The position numbers and the translations under genes were made by a program. 64,000 nt of DNA, taken from the NCBI GenBank assembly GCA_963668275.2, contig OY764155.1, positions 2,501,219 to 2,565,218 on the forward strand, given 5' to 3'. This document shows positions 16,997-26,035 of this stretch, in pieces; the first letter of the stretch is position 1, and each line of letters starts with the position of its first letter. The stretch comes from Dehalococcoidia bacterium (lineage in GTDB: Bacteria > Chloroflexota > Dehalococcoidia > Lucifugimonadales > UBA1123). A model generated the notes under the pieces. It was not told where the DNA came from. It saw nothing but the letters and a program-made list of their open reading frames with translations, and did no database searches.

Positions 16997-17953
16997 ATGA
17001 CAAACGCCTGCTGCGCCCCCTCGTCCGAGGAACGCCAAAACCCCCGGACGACGGCCCAAGCCACCATCGCCCGAACCCCCGCGCCCCGCCGCGCCCCCAG
17101 GGACATGGCCTACATCCCGGGCGGTCCCTTCCTCATGGGAACCGACGACCCTATCGCCTTCCCCGCCGACGGCGAAGGCCCCGCGCGCGAAGTCCGGGTC
17201 TCACCCTTCTACATAGACCGGACATCCGTCACCAACGCCCAGTTCGCCAGGTTCGTCAGGGCCACCAGGTACACCACCGAGGCCGAGAGATACGGCTGGT
17301 CATTCGTCTTCCACCTCTTCGTCCATCCCCGTCTCGCGCGCAAAGTCAGCCAGGCCGTCGCCAACGCCCAGTGGTGGTGGAAGATAGACGGCGCGAACTG
17401 GCGCAGGCCCGAAGGCCCCGGCTCCGGCGTCAGTCGCCGCATGGACCACCCCGTCACCCACGTATCCTGGAACGACGCCATGGCCTACTGCCGATGGGCC
17501 GGAAAGCGTCTGCCCACAGAAGCGGAGTGGGAGATGGCCGCCCGCGGCGGACTCGACGCCAGGCGCTACGCCTGGGGCGACGACCTTACCCCCGGCGGCA
17601 GGCATATGTGCAACATCTGGCAGGGCGACTTCCCCAACGCCAACACCGAGGACGACGGCTACGCCTCCACCGCCCCCGCCAAGTCCTTCGACCCCAACGG
17701 CTTCGGCCTCTACAACATCAGCGGCAACGTCTGGGAATGGCAATCCGACTGGTTCAGCCCCACCTACCATCTCGGCGGCCCCGGCCAAGACCCCACTGGA
17801 CCGCCCACCGGCATGAGCCGCGTCATCAAGGGCGGCTCCTACCTCTGCCATGACTCATACTGCAACCGCTACCGCGTCGCCGCCCGCAGCGCCAACACCC
17901 CCGACAGCTCCACAGGCAACCTAGGCTTCCGCTGCGTCCAAGACGCGGCATAG
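16997..17953 (+). CDS. formylglycine-generating enzyme (SUMF1/FGE family)
   Basis: HPVTHVSWNDAMAYCRWAGKRLPTEAEWE, GNVWEWQSDW and GGSYLCHDSYCNRYRVAARSANTPDSSTGNLGFRC. Start at ATG 16997 is preferred over 16958, which lies inside the promoter-like box. Confidence 0.85.
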   Translation: MTNACCAPSSEERQNPRTTAQATIARTPAPRRAPRDMAYIPGGPFLMGTDDPIAFPADGEGPAREVRVSPFYIDRTSVTNAQFARFVRATRYTTEAERYGWSFVFHLFVHPRLARKVSQAVANAQWWWKIDGANWRRPEGPGSGVSRRMDHPVTHVSWNDAMAYCRWAGKRLPTEAEWEMAARGGLDARRYAWGDDLTPGGRHMCNIWQGDFPNANTEDDGYASTAPAKSFDPNGFGLYNISGNVWEWQSDWFSPTYHLGGPGQDPTGPPTGMSRVIKGGSYLCHDSYCNRYRVAARSANTPDSSTGNLGFRCVQDAA

Positions 17954-17985
17954 CAAAGGACAGGCGTCATTTGTATGTTGAAAAT

Positions 17986-18023
17986 CCCCTCTCCCTCAAG
18001 GGAGAGGGCTAGGGTGAGGGTGA
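17986..18023 (+). repeat. MITE-like element, core hairpin only
   Basis: cccctctccctcaagggagagggctagggtgagggtga. Confidence 0.6.
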
Positions 18024-18037
18024 ACTACTATTCAGTC

Positions 18038-18057
18038 ATTCCCGCTTTCGCGGGAAT
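18038..18057. repeat. REP-type hairpin attcccgc-tttc-gcgggaat
   Basis: Same stem as 6668-6687 with the loop inverted. Confidence 0.75.
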
Positions 18058-18139
18058 CCAGAACTTGGCGGTCTCGAATTCGTTGCGATAAACTCTTGCG
18101 ATACGACTCGAATCGCAGATAAAAGACGGACACCCTAAC

Positions 18140-19744
18140 ATCACTTCAACCGAACAAACAGACGTCATAGTCATCGGCGGAGGCCCCGGAGGCAGTACCG
18201 CCGCCACCCTGCTTGCCCAACACGGCTTCGACGTAACCCTGCTCGAACGCGAACGCTTCCCCCGCGATCACGTCGGCGAATCCCTGCTGCCCGCCTCAAT
18301 GCCCATCCTCCAGGAGCTAGGCGTCCTGGAGCGGGTCGAATCCGCCGGATTCCCCAAGAAATACGGCGCGACCATGCTCTGGGGCAGCGACCCCGAACCC
18401 TGGAGCTGGCGCTTCAGCGAAACCAACCGAACCTGGCCCCACGCCTACCAGGTCTGGCGTCCCACCTTCGACAAGATCCTCCTCGACAACGCCCGCGCCA
18501 ACGACGTCCGCGTCCGAGAACAATGCGCCGTCACCGGCCCCATACTCGAAGGCGACCGAGTATCCGGCGTCACCTACCGCAAGCCCGACGGCTCCACCGC
18601 CGCCATCCACGCCGACTGGACGATAGACGCCAGCGGCCAGTCCGCCATCCTCGGCAGGGCCTTGAACCTGCGCCAATGGGACGACTACTTCCGCAACATG
18701 GCCGTCTATGCCTACTTCCAAGGCGCGAGCCGCCTCCCCGAACCCGACGCATCCAACATCTTCATCGAATCCTACCAACACGGCTGGACATGGAACATCC
18801 CACTCGCCGACGACACCGCCAGCGTCGGCATAGTCGTGGACTCCGAACTCGGACAGCGCGGCATATCCGACCTCGGCGTAAGCGACTACTACACCAAGCA
18901 GCTACACTCCGCCACCCGCACAGCCCGCATGGTCGCCGACGCCCGCATGACCGCCTCGCCCCGCGTCATAAAAGACTGGTCCTACACCTCCGACCGCATG
19001 ATAGGCGACGGCTGGATACTCGTCGGCGACGCCGCCTGCTTCATAGACCCCCTCTTCTCCTCCGGCGTACACCTCGCCATGATGTCCGCGGTCATGGCCG
19101 CCGCATACGTCCGCGCTGTCAAGACCGACCCCACCATGCGCCAACCCGCCGCCCGCCTCTACCAGCAACTCTACCGCAAAGAATACCGGCACTTCCGCGA
19201 ACTCGCCCGACTCTTCTACTCCAGCAATCGCGCGGTCGAATCCTACTTCTGGGAGGCCCGCCGCATAATCGGAGACGACGACCGCGAATCCCGCCGCTCA
19301 TTCATCCGCGCCGTCGCCGGACAGGCCCCGCGCGGCTACGAACGCGCCGTCCTCGACAAGGGCAACCTGCCCCCCGACCTCGCCCACGCCATCCACGAAA
19401 TCGAGACAGGCAGACTCCAAAGAGCCGCCAACTTCGACCGCGCCCCCATCCACGACGCCATCCCCAGGCTCGCCCCCGGCGTCCGACTCCAGCGCGGCCT
19501 AATCTTCGCCGCCGACCAATTCCAGTGGAGCGCCCTTCTAATCACCCCCGACCGCCCCGAAGGCGCCCCCGTAAGCCAACTAGTCGCCGCCCTAATCTCC
19601 ACCATAGACGGCCACCGCGCGGTATCCCAAATCATCACCCGCCTAACCGCCGGCCTAAACTCCCCAACCCAGCGCGACCTCGCCACCGACGCCATCGCCA
19701 CCACCCTCCGCATCCTCCACGCCGACGCCGCCATCCACCTCTGA
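18140..19744 (+). CDS. flavin-dependent halogenase family protein (start codon unresolved)
   Basis: DVIVIGGGPGGSTAA (18161 onward), GWTWNIPL (WxWxIP) and FIDPLFSSGVHLAM. The frame is open from 18092, but no ATG, GTG or TTG precedes the GxGxxG motif. The tracked ATG 18299 would delete it. Confidence 0.7.
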   Translation: MTSTEQTDVIVIGGGPGGSTAATLLAQHGFDVTLLERERFPRDHVGESLLPASMPILQELGVLERVESAGFPKKYGATMLWGSDPEPWSWRFSETNRTWPHAYQVWRPTFDKILLDNARANDVRVREQCAVTGPILEGDRVSGVTYRKPDGSTAAIHADWTIDASGQSAILGRALNLRQWDDYFRNMAVYAYFQGASRLPEPDASNIFIESYQHGWTWNIPLADDTASVGIVVDSELGQRGISDLGVSDYYTKQLHSATRTARMVADARMTASPRVIKDWSYTSDRMIGDGWILVGDAACFIDPLFSSGVHLAMMSAVMAAAYVRAVKTDPTMRQPAARLYQQLYRKEYRHFRELARLFYSSNRAVESYFWEARRIIGDDDRESRRSFIRAVAGQAPRGYERAVLDKGNLPPDLAHAIHEIETGRLQRAANFDRAPIHDAIPRLAPGVRLQRGLIFAADQFQWSALLITPDRPEGAPVSQLVAALISTIDGHRAVSQIITRLTAGLNSPTQRDLATDAIATTLRILHADAAIHL

Positions 19745-19828
19745 CCCATAACACAACGCCGACAATCGGCATCAACGAACCCCCAACCTCGTTCTCTTGC
19801 ATTCGGACAGGAAGTAGAATACATTCAC

Positions 19829-20059
19829 ATGGAGGTATGGGACGCCATGATGGGCACCAGAGACGCCATTAACGACTGGCTGGAAAAACGCCGCCGCAAA
19901 GCCCGCGCCGAAGGCCGAGACGAAGGCCGCGCCGAGGGCCGAGACGAACGCACCGCCGAAGTCGTAGCCTGGAACGACCGAAGACTGGCCGCCGAAGCCA
20001 ATAACCAACCCTTCGACGAACCAATTCCCGGAACCGACGACCGCCGCAACGGAACTTAG
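19829..20059 (+). CDS. small charged protein, paralog 1 (WNDRRLAAEANNQPFDEPIPG tail)
   Basis: 76 aa and 266 nt upstream of a near-identical paralog. Contains an AEGRDEGRAEGRDE micro-duplication. Confidence 0.45.
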   Translation: MEVWDAMMGTRDAINDWLEKRRRKARAEGRDEGRAEGRDERTAEVVAWNDRRLAAEANNQPFDEPIPGTDDRRNGT

Positions 20060-20094
20060 CCCTCGTCCATCCCAACACATAACCATCCTCACAA

Positions 20095-20316
20095 ATGACA
20101 GAGGTATGCGACGCCATGATGGGAACGCGAGACGCCATTAACGACTGGCTCAAAAAGCGCCGCCAGAAAGCCTATGCCGAGGGTAAAGCACAGGGCCGCG
20201 CCGAACTTACCGCCGAAGTCACTGCTTGGAACGACCGACGACTAGCCGCCGAAGCCAACAACCAACCCTTCGACGAACCAATTCCCGGAACCAACGACCG
20301 CCATCCGCTCCCCTAA
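20095..20316 (+). CDS. small charged protein, paralog 2
   Basis: DAMMGTRDAINDWL and AWNDRRLAAEANNQPFDEPIPGT are identical to paralog 1. Confidence 0.45.
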   Translation: MTEVCDAMMGTRDAINDWLKKRRQKAYAEGKAQGRAELTAEVTAWNDRRLAAEANNQPFDEPIPGTNDRHPLP

Positions 20317-20321
20317 CCGTC

Positions 20322-20341
20322 ATTCCCGCGAAAGCGGGAAT
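20322..20341. repeat. REP-type hairpin attcccgc-gaaa-gcgggaat
   Basis: Perfect copy. Confidence 0.75.
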
Positions 20342-20504
20342 CCACCCCACCGTCCCCAACCTATCCCTTCCACACCAGAGGTTCCCCCGTCTCCGCTTCA
20401 GAAGTACCCAAAGCACGATGCCCACAGGCGCGACCAACATGGAGTAATTTCCGCAGCCCGCAGGTCATCGTGCTTAACTAAGCGACTTGCGTTGTAGTCT
20501 GACA

Positions 20505-20780
20505 CTAGGGGTAGGGGGAGGAGGCCTTGTGCACCACATACGCAACTACGACTGCCACTGCTAGCGCCATAAGCGAAGTCCCAATGACCTTTCCCCTGTT
20601 ATCGGCTATGAAGTCTCTCGCTTCTCCGAGAAAATTCCACACGAACTCTCTCGCTGCCATGAGAACTTCCCATCCGGAGTCTTTCACTTCTCCGAGAAAT
20701 TCCCATCCCAACCATATCGCTACGGCTGACACAAGGAGGACTCCTATGAACAGGAATGGGCGATACTTGATGAATTCCAT
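20505..20780 (-). CDS. small membrane protein, hypothetical
   Basis: N- and C-terminal TM helices, with an internal WEFLGEVKD / WNFLGEARD repeat. Lies in the AT-richer islet. Confidence 0.4.
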   Translation of the reverse strand: MEFIKYRPFLFIGVLLVSAVAIWLGWEFLGEVKDSGWEVLMAAREFVWNFLGEARDFIADNRGKVIGTSLMALAVAVVVAYVVHKASSPYP

Positions 20781-20850
20781 TGTTCACCTCTATGATTCAC
20801 TAAGCATACGCAGGAAGTAGCGTACACAGGATGCGGTATTCCATGCAGCC

Positions 20851-21348
20851 TTATTCGTAAACCAGAGGAGGATGAGTTCCGGGAGACCAGCCAGAATCAA
20901 GACGGCACGTTGGCCTATGACGTGTGCGCCGTCTTAGCGGATTAGCAGTGAAGTATATGCGCCAAAGAATACGTATGAAGGTGGGGATCCGTATCGGCAG
21001 CATGGACAGCACAAGTCCAACCAGAAACATTTTGAAGGCGTAGTATCCATAGAAAATCAGAGATCGCCCACGTTCTACCTCTAGGGCAGGTGGCACAGCG
21101 ACTGAGATTAGGTAGGCAAAGAGCAACCAAGAACCTACCCCAATGACGAATATAGGATTGAAAACCAGGTAGAAACCCTCCGTGTACGTCAGAGTCGTGG
21201 TAACGAGATCCCCGCCCATAATCACTACAGAGATTGCAAGAACGACCATCAGACCCAACATATAGAGCCAGAACATCGGCCAGATGAAGAGTAGGCCCCA
21301 CTGGATACGTACATCCAACCTTGCAAATACTTTAGGATATAAGTTCAT
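20851..21348 (-). CDS. polytopic membrane protein, hypothetical
   Basis: 4-5 hydrophobic helices, AT-richer islet, no family recognised. Confidence 0.45.
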   Translation of the reverse strand: MNLYPKVFARLDVRIQWGLLFIWPMFWLYMLGLMVVLAISVVIMGGDLVTTTLTYTEGFYLVFNPIFVIGVGSWLLFAYLISVAVPPALEVERGRSLIFYGYYAFKMFLVGLVLSMLPIRIPTFIRILWRIYFTANPLRRRTRHRPTCRLDSGWSPGTHPPLVYE

Positions 21349-21428
21349 CGTGACTACATTCTAGGTACGGACCATGAGTATCGTCAAGAGACAGACCGCG
21401 TCACCATAGGGAATCCTCATTCCACTCT

Positions 21429-22602
21429 TATACCATTTCGGTCTGATATCAGCATGAAGGGGCTGGTCGAGGCACGAAATTTGATCTATGCTCACTCCAA
21501 CCCAGGCGTAGGAGGGCATCAGATGATCGGAAGACCGCTCGAGATAGATTGGAACAAGAACGATACCCCAGAGGCGCTGAAAGAGGCATACCAGTCGCAG
21601 ACAGACATTAACATTCGGACACGGGTTCACCTGCTGTGGCTTGTACGTAGCGGTTGGCAGATCAAAGCGGCGTCAGAGGCCGTTGGCGCTCACTACCGCA
21701 GCGCCCAGAGATGGATTGAGTGGTACAGGGACGGAGGTTTGGACGAGGTGGTGTCCCGCAGGATGGGAGGAGTGGGCCAGCCCAGGTTTCTGAGCGAGGC
21801 GCAGGAGAGGGGACTGGTCGATGAGGTTGGTAGCGGGCGATTCAGGACTGCCGGCGAGATAGCGGACTGGATCGAGTCAGAGTACGGAGTGAGGTATAAG
21901 GGAAACAGCGTATATAGCGTGCTGGAGCGGTTGGGATGTTCTCCGAAGGTTCCGAGGAGTCGACACGAGAAGGCTGATGTGAGAGAACAGGAGTCGTGGA
22001 AAAAGGGGGACTCGGTCGTTCGCTGAGGAGAGCGGGAGTAAAGCCGGGAGCGCTGATCGGTTTCGCCGATGAGATGAGAGTGGGGCTTCGCGGGATGGTT
22101 CGCAGGGTGTGGGGAGCGCGTGGGCTGAAGGTGGTTCAGAGCCTTCAGTTGGTGTATGAGTGGAAGTATCTGTTCCTGGTGGTGGACTTTGTGCGCGGGA
22201 AGCTGGAGTGGACGTGGATGGACTCTATGAAGTCTGAGACGGTGGCGCGAGCGGTCCTGGGAATGAGACGATACACACAGGTAAGAGCGCTGGTGTGGGA
22301 CGGAGCGCGGAGTCATCGCAGCGAGTTGGTGGGGAGCGTAGCGGGAGTGAAGACGATAGTTCAACCGCCGTATAGTCCTGAGTTGAATCCAGCCGAGCGG
22401 GTATTCGAGGAGGCGCGCAGGTGGGTGGAAGGCAGGGTGTACGGGAGTGTTGAGGAGAAGATGGCCGCGGTGGACGAGTGTCTGAGCAGGCTGGAGTCCG
22501 ACCCTGAGCGGGTGAAGTCGCTGGTGAGTTGGGAGTGGATCAGACAAAACGTTCAAGGACTGTCTGAAGACTACGCGGCATCATCAAGATGAAATGGTAT
22601 TA
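21429..22602 (+). mobile_element. IS630-family insertion sequence
   Basis: Imperfect inverted ends taccatttcggtctgat (21431-21447) and atcaagatgaaatggta (22583-22599). TA at 21429-21430. Exact ends are good to +/-2 nt. Confidence 0.75.
21454..22592 (+). CDS. IS630-family transposase (orfA/orfB joined by a -1 frameshift)
   Basis: orfA has an HTH region. orfB carries DEMRVGL, LVWDGARSHRS and QPPYSPELNPAERVFEE (DDE). The frames overlap at tgg-aaa-aag-ggg (21997-22008), an A5G5 slippery run. Confidence 0.8.
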
Positions 22603-25350
22603 CCCCCCATACCTCTCCCCCCTCACCGAAGGCTCACCCGCAACCTGCCCCCTCACAGTCCCCACAAACTCCCCATCCAGCCCCAGCGCCTCGCACACCG
22701 CATCATCCAGCCCCCGTCGAACCTCGCAAGAACCCATCCGCGGCAACGGCAACAACGTATCCTCCGCGTACCTGTCGTATGCGAACGCAAGCCTACTCAC
22801 AGCATCCTCGCCAATCGCCTTGAAATCAGGAACAACCAAACTTCTCAGATCGTCCAGTGAGAACCGCGTGTACGATGTATCCCTGCTTGAACGATTTCCG
22901 ATTAAAGCGAATACACCCAAAGACGAATTCAGATAAACACAAATGGCCTTCTCCAATGTCTTGTCACCGGGAAAGTCAATGATTGGCCTGCACGGAGACC
23001 ATGCCGAACCAACAGTTGGCGAGTCCGTCAATACACTGACCATTCTGACAGTGTTGAGTCTTGCCCGCCCCGTCAATAACAGATTGCTTCTCTGATTCCA
23101 GTATCTTTCTGCCAGACGCGAATTCTTAACGACAATGTGTGTATCTGGTTGTGCGGACATAGACTTGGTGACCGTTGTATCGTGCTGCCATAGCGCCATT
23201 CGTCCTAGAGAATCAGGCATCGCGCTCTTTCGGAAAGCGTCCCTTATCCTACGACCTTCCGGCCCAACATCGGCGATATTCTTCAACAACGCCGCGTCGA
23301 AAAGCCTACCCTCTTTCAATTCCACGAACTGGCGGCACAAATACGGAGACAAGAACTGAACCGCGCCCCAATCTCCAAGCGCCACCCGGCTGGCCGGCCA
23401 TTCCTGAACCGTCCCCATGTCCCCCAGCGAGTCATTCACGATAGCCTGCGCGACGCTGATAGCGTCCGCCGGAGTCGCGGGATTTATAGCCAGGTTTACG
23501 AAGCGAGTCGGCGGCTTCTTTTTGTTAAAGTCCGGCCACAAGCGACATACCAACAGAATCTCGCCTATGCTGGTATTCTCCGAGAAATACATACGCTCGG
23601 GATCGTGAGAAGTGACCACCGTTTCCACATGATAATTCCTGCCCAGAAATCGGCGTATCTCAAGCGCCGATGCGTTGGTCGAGGTCACAAGCGGAAGAAT
23701 GGCGGCTATCGTGCCGCTGTCATGCTTGCGTAAATAGTCCGCCAGAACTATGAAAGCGTTGCCATTACTCGAAAGGTGAACCGGCCTGTTAGCGAATAGC
23801 TGTTTTTCCCGCGCCTTCAGCTTCCGCTCATCCTCCCTGCTGAACTGGTCATGCCGCAGGCTGTCCCGCGTAAACGGCGGATTCATTATCACTATGTCTG
23901 ACGGATCAGGACGAACCATATCGCTATCATCGTCAATCTGAGTAACCGCCCGCGCCGACCCCGGCCACGACATCATCCTCGGCTGCCTGTCCAGAATCTC
24001 CAGCGAACCCAGAAATGCGTCCCCTTCCCCGTCCACTCCCAGGAACGCCCGCCCTATCTTCATATTCTGAAACCGCGTAGTCGGCGACAGCAGACCCAGC
24101 GTAGTAGCCGCCATATGCGTCGCCGTCAGATTCACGTCATACCCCGTCAGCACCCGCTCGATTAGTGTCCGCGCCATCCGCCCGTCATCCCGCGAACCGG
24201 GCGCCAGGTCATGTATCCGCTCAGCCGCCGCCATCAACAGCGTCCCCGTCCCGCACGCCGGGTCCGTGATTCGCAACTCCCCAATCGCATCCGCGTCGCT
24301 CCAGTCGAGCGTATCCTCGGATATCGCCAGCGACGCCAGCAAAGTCGCCGCCGCCGTAGTCGTATAGAACGACCCGTCATACCGCGCCGAATCCAGCACC
24401 GTGTGAAATATCCGCCCCAGCAAATCATGCCGCAACCCGCTTATATCCCGCGTCAGCGCCAGAGCCGCTTCCCCCGTCTCCCGCACCGCCGCCGTGAAAG
24501 CCGAATCCTGCGGACATCCATTCAACGCGCTCTGAGCCGTAGCGAAAATCGGCTTATAATCCACCGCCAGCCACAAATCCCACGCCCCCAGGAACGCCCC
24601 TATCGGGTCCGCGTCCCTGACACACTGCTGAGCCATCGCCGGAGGCCACTCCCCCGTAAAAACCACCCTCTCCGCCAGCCTGTTATCAAACTCCGGCCTC
24701 AACTCCTCCCGATACCCGTCCAGCCGCGAATGGAACATCATCGCCGTCGCTATCACCAGCATCGCCCGCTTCGCCGCGTGATTCCACCGGCTCGCCGGCT
24801 GACCCGCCAGCCGCGTCCCCCTCTTGCTCTGAGGCAAATCCAGCGCCCGCGCAATCTCCCGCTTCTGCCCCTCGCTCAGCCGCCCGACCGCCATATCCAG
24901 GCTCGCCGAAAGACCCGCCGCCGCCAGGTCAGGATCCCCAAGCTGCATAGGAGCCAGCTTCACAACCGACGCCAACTCCCCCAGGCTCCCCTCAGTCCAC
25001 CGCGCCTCATCCGCCGCGACCCGGCTATTCGGAGCGCGAATCGTCCACACAAGGCGACACTCCGCTATCTCCCCCTCGCTACCTATCCCCTCCGGGTAGC
25101 ACACCGCCACGGCGCAATCCGCGTTCCTCTGATCCAGCCGCCTATCCGCGTCCCCAATCGCCTCCCGCCTCTTAGCCGCGCCCTGCCCCTGCTCCGCCTC
25201 AAGCGCGATCTTCACAGGCCCAACCCGAACCTCAATATCAATCCGTCTTCCCCCCGCCTGCCTCTGCTCCTGCCGAGCCTCCAACCCATGCAACTCACGC
25301 AAAAGCCCCGCCATCCACACATTCAAAGTATGCTCATGCTCCCCAGCCAT
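22600..25350 (-). CDS. N6-adenine DNA methyltransferase fused to an N-terminal nuclease-like region and a C-terminal TRD-like region (type IIG-like candidate)
   Basis: ITDPACGTGTLLMAAAE (motif I) precedes DIVIMNPPFT (motif IV), the gamma-class order. The N-terminal RRIDIEVRVGPVKIALEAEQG may be a PD-(D/E)xK-like core. About 400 aa follow the MTase domain. Confidence 0.6.
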   Translation of the reverse strand: MAGEHEHTLNVWMAGLLRELHGLEARQEQRQAGGRRIDIEVRVGPVKIALEAEQGQGAAKRREAIGDADRRLDQRNADCAVAVCYPEGIGSEGEIAECRLVWTIRAPNSRVAADEARWTEGSLGELASVVKLAPMQLGDPDLAAAGLSASLDMAVGRLSEGQKREIARALDLPQSKRGTRLAGQPASRWNHAAKRAMLVIATAMMFHSRLDGYREELRPEFDNRLAERVVFTGEWPPAMAQQCVRDADPIGAFLGAWDLWLAVDYKPIFATAQSALNGCPQDSAFTAAVRETGEAALALTRDISGLRHDLLGRIFHTVLDSARYDGSFYTTTAAATLLASLAISEDTLDWSDADAIGELRITDPACGTGTLLMAAAERIHDLAPGSRDDGRMARTLIERVLTGYDVNLTATHMAATTLGLLSPTTRFQNMKIGRAFLGVDGEGDAFLGSLEILDRQPRMMSWPGSARAVTQIDDDSDMVRPDPSDIVIMNPPFTRDSLRHDQFSREDERKLKAREKQLFANRPVHLSSNGNAFIVLADYLRKHDSGTIAAILPLVTSTNASALEIRRFLGRNYHVETVVTSHDPERMYFSENTSIGEILLVCRLWPDFNKKKPPTRFVNLAINPATPADAISVAQAIVNDSLGDMGTVQEWPASRVALGDWGAVQFLSPYLCRQFVELKEGRLFDAALLKNIADVGPEGRRIRDAFRKSAMPDSLGRMALWQHDTTVTKSMSAQPDTHIVVKNSRLAERYWNQRSNLLLTGRARLNTVRMVSVLTDSPTVGSAWSPCRPIIDFPGDKTLEKAICVYLNSSLGVFALIGNRSSRDTSYTRFSLDDLRSLVVPDFKAIGEDAVSRLAFAYDRYAEDTLLPLPRMGSCEVRRGLDDAVCEALGLDGEFVGTVRGQVAGEPSVRGERYGG

Positions 25351-25630
25351 CGCCAGCGCTCACCCCCGCGACAGAATCCGCAGCCCGCAGCCTGAACCCC
25401 AACGCCTGCGTAACCTTCAGGAAGGTGGCGAACTCAAGCCCGCCCTCCCCCATCAATGCCTCATCATCCGTAATCTGGGCCATGCCCTTGGCCCGCGCGA
25501 TGTCTCCCAATACCATCGCGATTAGCTTGGCGTCCCCATCTTCAAGCGCCGCGTCCAGATAGGCCACCATGTCCTCCCGCGTCTCCAGATAATCCACCGG
25601 ATCCCACGGGAACGTTTCAGTCTTCCTCAT
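25334..25630 (-). CDS. addiction-module antidote-like (HigA / TIGR02684-like) protein, no cognate toxin
   Basis: WDPVDYLETREDMVAYLDAALEDGDAKLIAMVLGDIARAKGM and FATFLKVTQALGFRL fit the family. The segment between them is shortened. Overlaps the 916-aa gene start by 17 nt. Confidence 0.6.
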   Translation of the reverse strand: MRKTETFPWDPVDYLETREDMVAYLDAALEDGDAKLIAMVLGDIARAKGMAQITDDEALMGEGGLEFATFLKVTQALGFRLRAADSVAGVSAGDGWGA

Positions 25631-25768
25631 TTCACCTCCCTGCGAACCTCTATCACGAGAAAACTGTATCCTGCGGAATATGACCTGTCAATCTATCCTA
25701 CCCATACCCAGGTTCCGATCCCGTCGCCCCATAGTGCAATCCCGCCCCCACCAGAACCGTGCGCATAC

Positions 25769-25814
25769 CATCCTGAACATCTTCCTAATCCCGTAAATCC
25801 TGATTCTGACAAAA
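25769..25814 (+). repeat. AATCCTG-type repeat cluster
   Basis: catcctgaacatcttcctaatcccgtaaatcctgattctgacaaaa. Confidence 0.65.
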
Positions 25815-25882
25815 ATCCCCATTCCAAAACACATCCGTTCTTTGCTACAATCCTCTCATCCAAACAGACCCAAACTAGGCCG

Positions 25883-26035
25883 ACATACATAAACAAAAGG
25901 TTATGCCAATGACTCGGAGGCACTAAGAAAGAGGGCCTCTCATAGCTAACGCTGGGCGACGCAGGGCAACACAGGGTGAAAACCGTCCCTGTTAAACCCT
26001 GTGACCTCCCTGTTAAACGCCCTGTTCAATCAGCC
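25883..26035 (+). promoter_or_regulatory. conserved 5'-leader / ncRNA-like module, copy 2
   Basis: acatacataaa (25883) and catagctaa (25941) are 58 nt apart. Followed by hairpin acaggg...ccctgt and three ccctgtt repeats. Preceded by tgctacaat (25843-25851). Confidence 0.4.

Noticed and set aside
18523-19872. 449-aa Arg/Pro/His-rich ORF overlapping the halogenase gene in another frame
   Set aside because: It is an out-of-frame shadow of a gene with clear family motifs, with low-complexity RP-rich composition.
24211-25395. 394-aa plus-strand ORF opposite the 916-aa methyltransferase fusion. The same situation occurs at 28566-29753, 36177-37625, 40225-41412, 47675-48772, 21693-22556, 31778-32359 and 32495-33400.
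   Set aside because: All are antisense or out-of-frame shadows of ORFs with recognisable domains. They have biased R/P/G/H composition and no motifs.
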